A stretch of 64,000 bases of DNA, from contig NC_043007.1 of the NCBI RefSeq assembly GCF_006345805.1, positions 48,546,001-48,610,000 of the forward strand, in the 5' to 3' direction. Origin of the DNA: Octopus sinensis (lineage: Eukaryota). The notes beneath the pieces were generated by a model that ran no database searches, had not been told where the DNA came from, and saw only the letters and a list, made by a program, of their open reading frames with translations. A program made the position numbers and the translations under genes. Shown piece after piece: positions 1 to 11,891 of this stretch (its first letter is position 1; every line of letters starts with the position of its first letter).

Positions 1-462
1 CTGGAGCGGAGGCGGGAGAGATATGCAGTGATATACATCTGGAAAATCCTGGAGGGTCTTGTCCCAAACTTTGGCATTCAAAGTTACTCCAACCGCAGAA
101 CGGGGCGCCGCTGCGTGGTGCCAAGGATTCCAACATCACCATCAAAATACAGGTCCAGATACTGCAACAGCTTGGGTTTCAGAGGACCACAGCTCTTTAA
201 CATCCTCCCTAAATGCCTGAGAGACTTACATGGTGTGGATGTGGGTTTCTTTAAAACTAAACTGGATCTCTTCTTGTTGGGAGTCCCAGATGAACCTACC
301 TCACGACAGGAGACACGGATGCGGGCAGCAGCATCGAACTCCCTTGTTGATCAAGTGCCACGTATCAGAGGTGGATTCACAAACTAGTGTAGCTCATTCA
401 GCGGTGGTGCCCCAGCATGGCCGCGGCCTTCGGGCTAAAACATTTTTAAGGATTTAAGGATT
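1..462 (+). mobile_element. CR1/L2-group LINE, 3' end (RT C-terminus, 3' UTR, (TAAGGATT) tail)
   Basis: Open frame LERRRERYAVIYIWKILEGLVPN...RGPQLFNILP...FKTKLDLFL...AASNSLVDQV, a typical CR1-group RT C-terminus; stop at 387; short repeated tail taaggatttaaggattta. Confidence 0.85.
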
Positions 463-489
463 TATATATATATGTATATATATATGTGT

Positions 490-571
<82 letters not shown>

Positions 572-1035
572 GTGTGTATATTATGTGTGTATATTATATG
601 TGTGTATTATATGTGTGTATATATATATATATGTATATATATATATGTATATATATATATATGTATATATATGTGTATATATATATGTTATATAATATGT
701 GTATATATATATGTGTATATATATATGTGTATATATAATGTGTGTATATATATATGTGTATATATATATGTGTATATATATATGTGTATATATATATGTG
801 TATATTATATGTGTGTATATATTGTGTATATATAGTGTGTATATATATGTGTGTATATATATGTGTGTAATATATATGTGTATATATATATGTGTGTATA
901 TATGTGTGTATTATATGTGTGTATATATGTGTGTATATATGTGTGTATTATATATGTGTGTATATATTGTGTGTATATATATGTGTGTATATATATGTGT
1001 GTATTATATATGTGTATATATATATGTGTAATATA

Positions 1036-1088
<53 letters not shown>

Positions 1089-1319
1089 GTATTATATATA
1101 TATGTATATATATATATGTATATATATATATGTATATATATATATGTAATATATATATAGTATATATATATGTATATTATATATGTATATATATATATGT
1201 ATATATATATATGTATATATATATGTATATATATATGTATATGTATATATGTATATGTATATATGTATATATATATATAATATATATATATGTATTATAT
1301 ATATATATATATTATATAT

Positions 1320-1355
<36 letters not shown>

Positions 1356-1455
1356 CATGTGCGTATATACTACACACACATTGAGCAGTGTTTATACAGT
1401 ATCATCCTTGTTTTCTATGTATCGTCTATCTGGATGTTTTGCATTCTTGTCCCAT

Positions 1456-1507
<52 letters not shown>

Positions 1508-1510
1508 CAC
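463..1510. repeat. Compound (TA)n/(TATG)n/(TGTA)n microsatellite
   Basis: Directly visible; explains the Y/I/M/C/V-only ORFs. Confidence 0.97.
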
Positions 1511-1894
1511 ATGGAACAATAATGGTTATGCAGTAAAAGTGAAATGTAAATGGATCTTACATTGATTTCAATGATCAATAATTCCAGTTGTTTGGCCAAC
1601 TGAGTTACCAACTTACTGAATTTAAAGTATTAGTAGCCGAGTATACTATAGATACTTGTACTTTTAACACAACCCTTAGTCAGATATAGTGGGACAATAA
1701 TAGACCTTTCAAATACAAGAATATGTTATTTGATGGCTTTGGGCTTCCACATTGTTTCCATCTACCAGGTTTCATTCACAAGATTTGGATCGAACAAAGA
1801 TCATCATACAAGATGTCACACAGCAGAACTGAACCTCTTAACCAAACATCCAGGCCTACACACACACACACACAAAGTAACACAGTATAGATAT

Positions 1895-2090
1895 CATCAA
1901 CATCATCACTTCACATCCATTTTCCATGCTGATATGCGTTAAATGATTTGATTGGAACTGGTAAGCTGAAGAGCTGCACTAGGCTCCAGATCAAGTTTGT
2001 TTTGGCTTGGTTTCTACGGCTGGATGCCCTTCCCAACACCAACTGCTCCATAGAGTGTACTGAGTGGCTTTCGTATATCACTAGCATGGA
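1895..2090 (-). mobile_element. Degenerate 3' tip of RTE LINE
   Basis: catcatc...tttccatgct...ggctggatgcccttcccaacaccaac matches the RTE 3' terminus seen at 54960-55172. Confidence 0.7.
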
Positions 2091-2627
2091 TACAAGTAGA
2101 CTGTTAAGGGATTAAATACAACAGTAGATCATATATAACAGTAACAACCCTGCAGTAAATTTTAAAATTTGATGGTCATGAAGAATTTGGGAAGAGAGCC
2201 TCTAAATAGTTGCTAAACTTGGTAAAAATAGCACCTAAATTATCTTCAAATTGCACTCTGCAATCTTCAGAGCTCAATGGACCAAATGGACATGGCTGGA
2301 ATTTTTTTGTTAAAAAGTCTACTTAATCAGGGTTGTTCTACAACAAAACAACTATTGTACCTAATGTCCATAGAATTTTTCCAAACAATAAAATGGTTTT
2401 GTTATCAGTTTTTGTTTACTTTATTTTGAAGTCGACTGTACTCATAAATCTAGATTACATCTAAATCAGGGTTATCTTGATAATTAGATAACCATGTTTT
2501 ATACAAAAGTACATTTGGTATCTTATAAAGATGTGCTACCACCTCTATCTTACATCACACACACATGCACAACTTAGCTGCATTAATGTCATTATCATTT
2601 CACTCAATCTAAAATTATATGCAGACA

Positions 2628-2825
2628 GAATTGTTAGCAAGTCAGACAAAACGCTTAGCTGTATTTCTTCCAGTAGCATTATGTTTTGAGTTCAAATACT
2701 ACTAAAGGTTGACTTTCTTTTTCATCTTTTCAGGTTAAAATAAGTACCACTTGAGCACTGAAAGCAATGTAATGAACATACCATCTTCCCTTTGAATTAC
2801 TGGCCTTGTGCCAAAATTTGAAACA
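2628..2825 (+). mobile_element. Degenerate tRNA-derived SINE (family C variant)
   Basis: gagttcaaat B-box-like motif, tttcatc...aataagtacc core, ggccttgtgccaaaatttgaaac tail shared with the 8995 and 50729 copies. Confidence 0.6.
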
Positions 2826-2837
2826 ATTGTCTACACT

Positions 2838-3222
2838 AGGCATGGCTATGTGGTAAGAAGCTTGCTTCCCAATTACATGGTTCTGGGTTCAGTCCCACTA
2901 TGTGTCACCTTGGGCAATTGTCTTCTATTATAGCCTTGAGCTGACCAAAGCCTTATGAGTTGATTTGGTAGACAGAAACTGAAAAAAGCCTATGTAAATA
3001 TATATATGTATATATTTGTGTCTTTGTGCCTGTGTTTGTCCCTCCCCCCACTATCATTTGACAGACAATGTTTGTGTGTTTATGTCCCTGTAACTTAGTG
3101 GTTCAGCAAAAGATACCAATAAAATAAGTATCAGGCTTACAAAGGGGTCGATTTGTTTGACTAAAACCCCTTAAGGTGGTGCTCCAGCATGGCCACAATC
3201 AAATGCCAAATGAATAAAAGAA
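2838..3222 (+). mobile_element. CORE-type tRNA-derived SINE (family A; octopus OR-like)
   Basis: tRNA-like head ggctatgtggtaagaagc...gggttcagtccc; CACCTTGGGCAA.TGTCTT resembles the CORE domain; internal microsatellite; 3' ggtgctccagcatggcc. Confidence 0.8.
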
Positions 3223-5147
3223 TAACTATTGAACAACAACTATTTAACTTTGTCTTTTACTGCAATAGCACTTTTCTTCATATGGGCTCACTCTATCAGC
3301 CTAAAATACATCTCACACTCCATCACACACAAATGTATGTGATTTCATAATGTAGCATAACTTTGCTATTTTACATGTTTATGTAGTTCAGAGCAGACTT
3401 AGGTACCCCTTCAGTCCAAAAATCAAGCCCATAATCTAATGACTACAATCCAACACTGAGATGTGTGTCTTCCCCACTCTATACTGAACATTTTAGCTGT
3501 CCCTACTAGAACTCTCTTTTCTGACTGTGTTTTCCATTTTACTTAATAATTAGTCTGAACTACTCCAAATTAAAGATTTAAGCACAAAAAGCCAAGGACA
3601 CGCCCTTTTTGCCTCACACAAACTAATAAATTTGTTCATACTCAGCTTCTTTTAAATGACTGTCTTATATAAATCATCATCTTTGTCATTGTTTTAATGT
3701 CCACTTTTCCATGCTTGCATGGGTTGAACAAAATATACTTGAGGCAGATTTCCTATAGTCAGGTGCCTTTATTTCTGTTTAGAGGTTTTACATAAACCTT
3801 TGAACATAAGCTGCAAGATGTTCCTGCTTTTGACTAGACATATTTTTACCATTAACATGCAATGTCAAAACAAGGAGACTTTAATACAAACACACACACA
3901 CATGTATATATAATGGTATTCTTCCAGTTGCCACCTACCAAACTCAGGCTTTGATCAACCTAGAGATATAATAAAGGATGCTTGCCTAAGATGCAGCACA
4001 GTGATACAGCACCTGAAACCTTGACTGCAAAGCAAACTTCTTAACTGTATAACCATGCTTGTGTCTAAATACTCAACATGAATCTATCACAAATGCAGAG
4101 ATCATTATAAGTCCAGTAGAAAGGAATAAAAAGCATGCAATGACAAAAAGCAAGTGAATGCAGTGTGGGAGACAACTGCGGTTATGTTTCAATCTTATTG
4201 GACTTCCTCAGAAAAAAAAAGACCTTATTGCAAAAGAGTGTAAGTGACTGTTATCCAGATCCAGCAGTTGTAAGACCTGAAATTATAACCATGTGCTTCA
4301 CAATCCAGCCTTTCTTATAGTAGTGAGTTGAAGCTTTTAAAACTTGTTGGCCATGATAAGTATCAGTAATATCCTACAATTTCATTCAGTGACCTCTCCA
4401 TGATAAACAGAAATCAGACCCATGTGGACATTTCATTTTTATACACACTGTTTGTCACAATCACTCTTCCTCTTTCTCACATCATTTTCACTGTCCTACC
4501 CACTCAGTAACACTTTCAGTCATAGATTGTCAAGTACTATATTCCATTGGTTAATGGATGTACAGTGAGCTGTTGTTTAATAAGCGCACTATTCACTATT
4601 ATTTAATGGGTGTACTGTACACCATTGCATAATAAATTTTGTTTATTTAAATTAATTTATTGAATGAGTTGGAGAAGAAGTATGATCTCCACATACCAGA
4701 CAAAGAAAATCAACATGGTAAGCAGGAAATTCTAGAGCATTGCAGAGGAGGACTGAGTGGGTATTTTAGTGTGAAGCATGTATGGTTGGATAGCAGTGCT
4801 CATTAAATGATGCAGATGTTGTTGTAGTAACTGTAAAAGAGATAAAAAAAACTTAAAAAAAACAATATTCCTATGTGCCAGTGGTTAAATACTTCATTAA
4901 TCAATCAATATGATTTAGATACATTCTGATATGTTGGTGTAGATAACATCAACACCACCATTCCAAGCAATATCTCAATGTGTGTCTTATCTGGATTTTG
5001 TTATGATTCAGTAAATGGACAGAATTGGATTAAAGAGGAATACTAATTATGTGAGGTCACCATAGAACTTGTAAGACTTAAGGTTTGCTATGGATGTGGC
5101 AATGGTTATGTTAAGGATTAGAGAGAGTGATATACCAGATAGTTTAA

Positions 5148-5366
5148 CCCTTTACACTTAAACCAGCCATATCCAACCCAAATATTCTAACTATTTTCTG
5201 TTCAAACTAGCCAGATCCAGCCTCTGACACCTATGCTATGATGACATTTTAAAAAATTATTATCACAGCATTGAAAGTTTAAAGCCACAAGATAATGCAT
5301 AATTAATTCAAAACAATGCAAATAAATAAGCCTTACATTCCACAGAAAAATCTGAATGTTAAAGGG
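5148..5366. mobile_element. piggyBac-like MITE
   Basis: Flanked by TTAA (5144-5147 and 5367-5370); CCCTTT...AAAGGG termini; related copies near 42.9 and 43.5 kb. Confidence 0.75.
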
Positions 5367-5891
5367 TTAATTTTCATGTTCAGTGAAAGAAATAAGGTTA
5401 TCATGACCCATTGAAGGGTTTTCTCATGATCTGTGTTCATGGAGATAATGCTTGCTTGGTGCAATGGATCCAGGTTGCATGAGAATGAAGCTATGTATGA
5501 AATAGTTAAGAGTAAAGAGTGGTACCATCTGCACAGAAGTGGGGAGTGGGTGGCTAGAAGTGACAGAATAGGTTGTTAAGGTAAAAAGAGTGGAGCATCA
5601 ATGGCAGGCATGAGAGTGTGTTCAGGGTGAAGGGGCATTCAGTGATAATATAGTAGCAAGGAAGGGTGCTAGGAGTGCATGATGCATGACAAGGGAAGTG
5701 GCTCGAGGAGAAAGATTACAGGTAGCACAGGAGTTGGGTGGGAGATTATGTATGTAACTCTTCTATGTACGCACTGTTAACTCCCACCACAGTGACAGCA
5801 CCCCTGGACAGCTCTCACCAGCCATTCATCTACTCCTAGCTTCCAGAACAACCATCAGATTAGTGTGCGAGACACCATGTTGAAAGGCAAC

Positions 5892-5935
<44 letters not shown>

Positions 5936-6000
5936 ATTAGAAGAGAAAATGGGATTTAAAACATCCTGGCGAATATCAAATATGTATATGTGTCTATATT

Positions 6001-6413
6001 CTTTTATTCTTTTACTTGTTTCAATCATTTGACTGCAGCCATACTGGAGCACCACCCTTAGTCGATCAAATTGACCCCAGGACTTATTCTTTCTAAGCCT
6101 AGTACTTATTCTATTGGTCTCTTTTGCCGAACCACTAAGTTACAGGGACATAAACACACCAGCATCGGTTGTCAAGCGATGGTGAGGGAAAAAACACAGA
6201 CACACAAGCATACACATACATACATACATACATACATGCATACATACATACAACAAGCTTCTTTCAGTTTCCGGCTACCAAATCCACTCACAAGGCTTTG
6301 GTCGACCTGAGGCTATAGTAGAAGACACTTGCCCAAGGTGCCACACAGTGGGACTGAACCCAGAACCATGTGGTTGGTAAACAAGCTTCTTACCACACAG
6401 CTACTCCTGCACC
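6001..6413 (-). mobile_element. CORE-type SINE (family A), full length
   Basis: Reverse complement of the family A head, CORE and tail. Confidence 0.85.
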
Positions 6414-6958
6414 TATATACATATATAAACATATATCAAATGTGTATATGCATATGTTAATGCAATTGAAACAACTGTTGTATTTTTAAGGCGAGATCTA
6501 AACATACACAGAAAAAGAGAGAGAGGAGGGAAAGAGAATAGATGCATTAAACCAGGATTGTTGAACTTGTTTTACTGTGCTGGTTGGATTGAAGCATAAA
6601 CTATTTTTTGTGGGCTGGATTGGGACAATTATTCCTAAAATCCCTAGTAATGTAAGCATAAAAGGGTCAGTATATTATTACAACTCTGGATACACATTAG
6701 CAATCTATATTTTACACAATAATTCAAAACACACAAGCCAGACATGGCTTTCTGACACATTTATTGGGACAATGGCACAAAATAAAAACTGCTCAGATTG
6801 TATTAATCCAACAAGACAATATTCTCCTGCAGGACAAAGCTACCATCACTACATTTAGCAAAGAAACAATTTTCACTACACATAAACAGTAACACAACTA
6901 AAGCCCTCACCAAAATCACTACACCTCACAAAGTCACTCTTCACTTATATAATAATGA

Positions 6959-8148
6959 CTAGCTGAAGGTGACCCGCTCTACGCGCGGGTAAGAGTGTGT
7001 TTGTTACTTTCTGTTGCTTCCTTTCAGCACGTAAAAAGCACCATCCGAACGTGGCCGATTGCAGCGCCGCCTTGACTTGCTTCTGTGCCGGTGGCATGTA
7101 AAAAGCACCAACCGATCGTTGCTGCTGCGAGCCCCCCTGGCACCTGTGCCAGTGGCATGAAAAAAGCACCCACTACACTCACAGAGTGGTTGGCGTTAGG
7201 AAGGTCATCCACCTGTAGAAACACTGCCAGATCAGACTGGAACCTGGTGCAGCCTCCTGGCTTCCCAGACCCCGGTCACACTGTCCAACCCGTGCTAGCA
7301 CGGAAAACGGACGTTAAACGATGATGATGATGATGATTCTCCGTCTTTGTTTCTCTCTCCTTTCTCTCTCACTTTCCCACTCTCTTACTTTTGTTTTCTC
7401 TCGGACCCTCCCTCGCTTTCTCTTACTCTCTATCTTTATCTATCTCTCTCCCATTTATAAACAACAGATCTTGAGTAAGTTGAGAAATAAAATATTTAGA
7501 AAGATCAATCATAAATATCAGGCAGTAGCAACGGAAAGGTCTGCTTCAAGGCAGACAGCAAAACACTAACATTTAAAAGGGACAGACGAACTTGCGAGCT
7601 GAATAAAAATAATAAAATATTGGAAAGCAAAGTTTGAAGGGATAGAATCTGAGGATAGTAGAGTCACCATGGCTGGCATTTCTTAACGACGGACGACAAC
7701 GTATTGACAGCTTAACGGCTGGTGTAAAATTTTGAACTTGATGTAAAAGAAAATTCATAAACACCAAGTTTTGAAGTGATTCTTTCTCACGACAGTAGAC
7801 TCACCATGACAAGCATTCAAAACTTCTTTATCATGGACGGCAACACATTGACGATTAAAAGGCTGGCGCAAATTTTTTAGCTTGATGTAACAGAGAATTC
7901 CTAAACACCCGCTCCTTGAAATTTGAATCCCCTTCCAGCCCCATTTAGACCCCTTTTCACATTTTGGTTAATATAACCCGATTTCATTCGGGTCTACTGG
8001 GGCCACATTTTATAAGATGAGGAATTTTGTCCTAGAGGTGACGCCTTTAATTTGAGGTAAAAAAATAGTTGTCATGCAAACTTGCCAGCACTTTTAACAT
8101 AGGTGTGCATATTTTCAGCTGAATCGACCGACTACGTAATGCACACAT

Positions 8149-8190
<42 letters not shown>

Positions 8191-8989
8191 CGCATTATAT
8201 ATACAAATGAGATATATATCTGTATAAATTAAATTAGAGATAAAACCACTAATAGGCAAATCAAACAGTGAAAAACCAAAAACAAAAACATAAAAAAAAA
8301 ATATAATATATAAAATATACAAAATATAAAATTGAAAAATTTAAATTATTTAAATTGAAAATAAAAATTATTAAATTATATTTATAATTTGTTTAAAAAT
8401 ATATATAACTATGAAAAAGTATGAAAAAGTTTAATATACATAAATACAGATATATACACTTTGTATATATACATTATATATACATATTTATATATAGAAC
8501 ACACACACACACACATACATTATATATACATATTTATATATAGAACACACACACACACACACACACACATATAAATGAACGCAAGAATATCTGATTCATA
8601 ATATTTGTTCCCATGCTCGTGTGTTGTTGGTGAGACAGATACTTAAAAGAACGCCGCCGAAGTGATGGGAAGGTAGGAAACAGAGTCAGTGAAAAAGAGA
8701 GGAAACAGCGAGAGTGACAGATACTTTAAATAACGGTAGTGGACTTGTGAAAGTTATAAATGAAGAGGAGTGAGAGGGTAATAGAGGAAATAGCGTGAGT
8801 GAGGAAGATGGCCCCTAGCAACCACACCTTTTAAGATATGGATTTCTAAGGTAGCCCACAAGCATCGTCACCTCATTCTACATGTCCCTGTAAATTTTGG
8901 AGCGAATCGGACGGGACGTAGTGGCATTGAAAGCGATCCAAGTGGTAAAAACGCATTTCAGTTTTATATATAGAGATTATATATAGAGA
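6959..8989 (-). mobile_element. Non-autonomous Helitron
   Basis: Minus strand reads A|TCTCTATATATA... at 8990/8989 and ends with hairpin ACCCGC-7nt-GCGGGT (6972-6990) followed by CTAG|T (6959-6962); inserted between A and T, no TSD. Confidence 0.65.
7025..7335 (+). mobile_element. RTE 3' UTR fragment nested in the Helitron
   Basis: gtgccggtggca.gtaaaaagcacc units, gttggcgttaggaagg motif, (GAT)n tail. Confidence 0.85.
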
Positions 8990-8994
8990 TGATT

Positions 8995-9203
8995 CTAAAT
9001 TTTGGCACAAGGCCAGAAATTTCAGATGAAGAGTAAGTCAGTGTCCTCCCTGCCCCAATACTTAACTGATACTCATTTTATTGACCATGAAAGGGATGGA
9101 AAGCAAAGTCAGTCTCAGTGGAATTTGAATTCCGAATGTAAAAACAGACGAAATGCTGCCAAACATTTTGCCAAGCATTTTGCCCAGCATGGTAACAATT
9201 CTA
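8995..9203 (-). mobile_element. SINE family C variant
   Basis: Reverse complement of the head (aattcaaattccactgag) and of the ggccttgtgccaaaatttag tail. Confidence 0.65.
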
Positions 9204-9419
9204 AACTATATCTTCAAGGTCAGACAATACCACAACTCACAGCAATCAGTGAATCTCTATGAAGCTCAAGCATTAAGTGTATTAGAGTATGATGCCATAT
9301 CTGGAATGATGATGCTGCTGCAAACACTTACATCTTAAGATGGCAGCTAGAAAAGGTCATCTAGCTAAAGAACACACTAAAACCAATAATCTCTTCTGTT
9401 GTTAAGCATTGCTGGAGGG

Positions 9420-9603
9420 ACAAACACAGACATTCATATATACAATGAGCTTCTTTCAGTTTCCATTCACCAAATCCACTCACAAGGCTTTGGTTAGCCT
9501 GAGGCTATAGAAGAAGACACTTGCCCAAGGTGCAACAGAGTGGGTCTGAACCTGGAAACATGTGGTTGGAAAGCAAGTTTCTTACTACACAGCCACGCCT
9601 GTG
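9420..9603 (-). mobile_element. CORE-type SINE (family A), 5' half
   Basis: cttctttcagtttcc...gacacttgcccaaggtg...cacagccacgcc. Confidence 0.8.
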
Positions 9604-10439
9604 CCTGGACATTTCAAAACATGAAATTTGTATCATAGAACCAGGGGTGTTCTCAGGTTGTTTGGTATCAAAAAGGGGTTGACATTTGTCTTCCACACCA
9701 GCATGCATTGTATCACAGTCAATTTGTGTTCTTGTTATACTTATTATAAGAAAAAACCCCATGGGTTTTGAATTTTTTATACAATAAGTCAATTTAACTA
9801 AATCGAGTTGACATTTGATCCTGAATCGGCCCAAATTGGCCCTAATTAAGCAGATTCACATTGCCCTACCAACAGTGACTAACTCATCTTTCATTTTTTT
9901 TTTTCAAACAGTGTACCTTGGTCTACATTATCCAAACTGTCTTTTAAAAGAAGGCAAGATGAGGTGTGGTTTTTTGGGAGATTTATCCAAATGATGATGA
10001 TGATCAAAGAAGACATAAGAAATTGGTTGAAGTTGGTCTCAAAATTCTGTACTTCAGAAGGGTATGACAAAAAATAACATAAATTGTGAGATGCTAGAGA
10101 AAACTTATCCGACCCATGCAAGCATGACAAAGCAGATGCAACATGACGATGACTATGATGTGGTGCGCATGTGCGTGAAGCACTCAGTCCACTCTATAAG
10201 GTAGTTAATGTTAGAAAGAGCATGGAAAACGGATATTAAATGATGATGATGATGATGATGATATATATATATATATATATACATATATATATAGGATGAC
10301 CAAAGGACACTGAGCCCTACAGAGGAGATGACAAAGGAATGAGATACCTGGTGCTTTGCTGTACTCAAGAAGACCCGTCCTTCACAGCAGATATGTTAAT
10401 GAAGCTCCCCCTGCTGAAGACAATTGGCCTGCAAGAGCC

Positions 10440-10635
10440 CTGTGTCAGTAACATATAGAAAGTACCCAGCACACTCTGTAAAGTGGTTGGCAATACGAAG
10501 GGCATCCAGCCATAGAAACCAAGCCAAATCAGACCAGAACCTGGTGCAACTCTCTTGCTTGCCATCTCTGATCAAACCATCCAACCACACCAACATGGAA
10601 AACAGACATTAAAGGATGATGATGATGATGATGAT
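10440..10635 (+). mobile_element. RTE 3' tip
   Basis: agtggttggcaatacgaagggcatccagcc...catggaaaacagacattaaaggatgatgat. Confidence 0.75.
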
Positions 10636-11050
10636 CACACACACACAATATTTTAAAATTTCATGATTCTATATGTAAACACCATAAAACTCTGCACATT
10701 TTTCACCAAAATCATGATTAAAATTAAGGCTGCAAGTTTCCATGTACACACAAACACTTTTATTATGAGAACAACAATAATGTAATATGTTACTTTTGTT
10801 TAGATTATCTTATTATTAATATAATATATCAATATACCTTACATAAAATGAAATATTAAAAATTAATATAATTCAATTATACATAAGTAGATTATCTACA
10901 GTTGTACAACACTGCAAGTTGAACATGAGGTTGTATTATATATGGACTTTTATGACGTGTAAAAGCATTAAAACTAAATATGTGCATATATGCTTGTTTG
11001 TGTGTGTAGATATTCACATTTATACATACACACACATCTTTTATCTTTAA

Positions 11051-11284
11051 GGGCAGCGAGGTGGCAAAATCGTTAGCACACCAGGTGAAATGCTTAGCAG
11101 TATTTCATCTGCTGTTATGTTCTGAGTTCATATTCCGCCGAGGTCAAATTTGCCTTTCATTCTTTCGGGGTCAATTAAATAAGTACCAGTTACGCACTGG
11201 GGTCAATTTAATCGACTTAATCCCTTTGTCTATCTTTGTTTGTCCTCTCTATGTCTAGCTCCCTGTAAGCAATAAAGAAATAAA
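11051..11284 (+). mobile_element. tRNA-derived SINE family C (MetaSINE-like central domain)
   Basis: gggcagcgag.tggca head, gagttca.attcc B-box, cctttcat.ctttcggggtc..t.aa.taagtacc core. The MetaSINE resemblance is from memory, not a search. Confidence 0.75.
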
Positions 11285-11290
11285 TATATC

Positions 11291-11891
11291 TTTTATCTTA
11301 CTTGTTTCAGTCATTTGACTGTGGCCATGCCAAGGTACTGCCCTGAAGGGGTTTGGTTAAACAAATCAACTCCAGGACTCATTTTTTTTTAAAGCCTAGT
11401 ACTTATTCTATTGATCTCTAATGCCAAACTGCTAAGTTATGGGGACAGAAATACACCAACACTGGCTGTTAAGCAGTGGTGGGGGACAAACAAAGACACA
11501 CATATATATATTCTTCTATTCTTTTATTTGTTTCAGTCATTTTGATTGCAGCCATGCTGGAGCACCACCTTTAGTAGAACAAACTGACCCCAGGGCTTAT
11601 TCTTTGTAAGCCTAGTACTTATTCTGTCGGTCTCTTCTACTGAACCGCCAAGTTACCGGGACGTAAACGACCAACATTGGTTGTCAAGCGATGGGGAGAA
11701 GGGCAAAAACAGACACACATACATATATATATACGACGGGCTTTGTTCAGTTTCCATCTACTAAATCTATTCACAAGGCTTTGGTCGGCCTGAGGCTATA
11801 GTAGAAGACACTTGCCCAAGGTGCCACACAGAAGGACTGAACCCAGGACCATGTGGTTGGGAAGCAAGCTTCTTATCATACAGCCATGCCC
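11291..11891 (-). mobile_element. Two adjacent family A SINEs (3' half at 11291-11510, full copy at 11517-11891)
   Basis: The cttgtttcagtcatttgact...gccatgc tail appears twice; CORE at ~11800. Confidence 0.85.

Noticed and set aside
472-1536. Many overlapping ORFs of 60-177 aa (also near 36.4, 38.2, 39.8, 52.1, 53.7 and 63.1 kb)
   Set aside because: Translations of (TA)n/(TG)n/(CA)n microsatellites; no protein signal.
1561-1615. Possible further minus-strand exon (KLVTQLAKQLELLIIEIN), phase-compatible with 17245-17351
   Set aside because: Good donor but a weak acceptor; short, no homology recognised; such signals are common by chance in AT-rich DNA.
4660-4728. Plus-strand exon-like stretch ending |gtaagc
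   Set aside because: No credible acceptor and no recognisable peptide.
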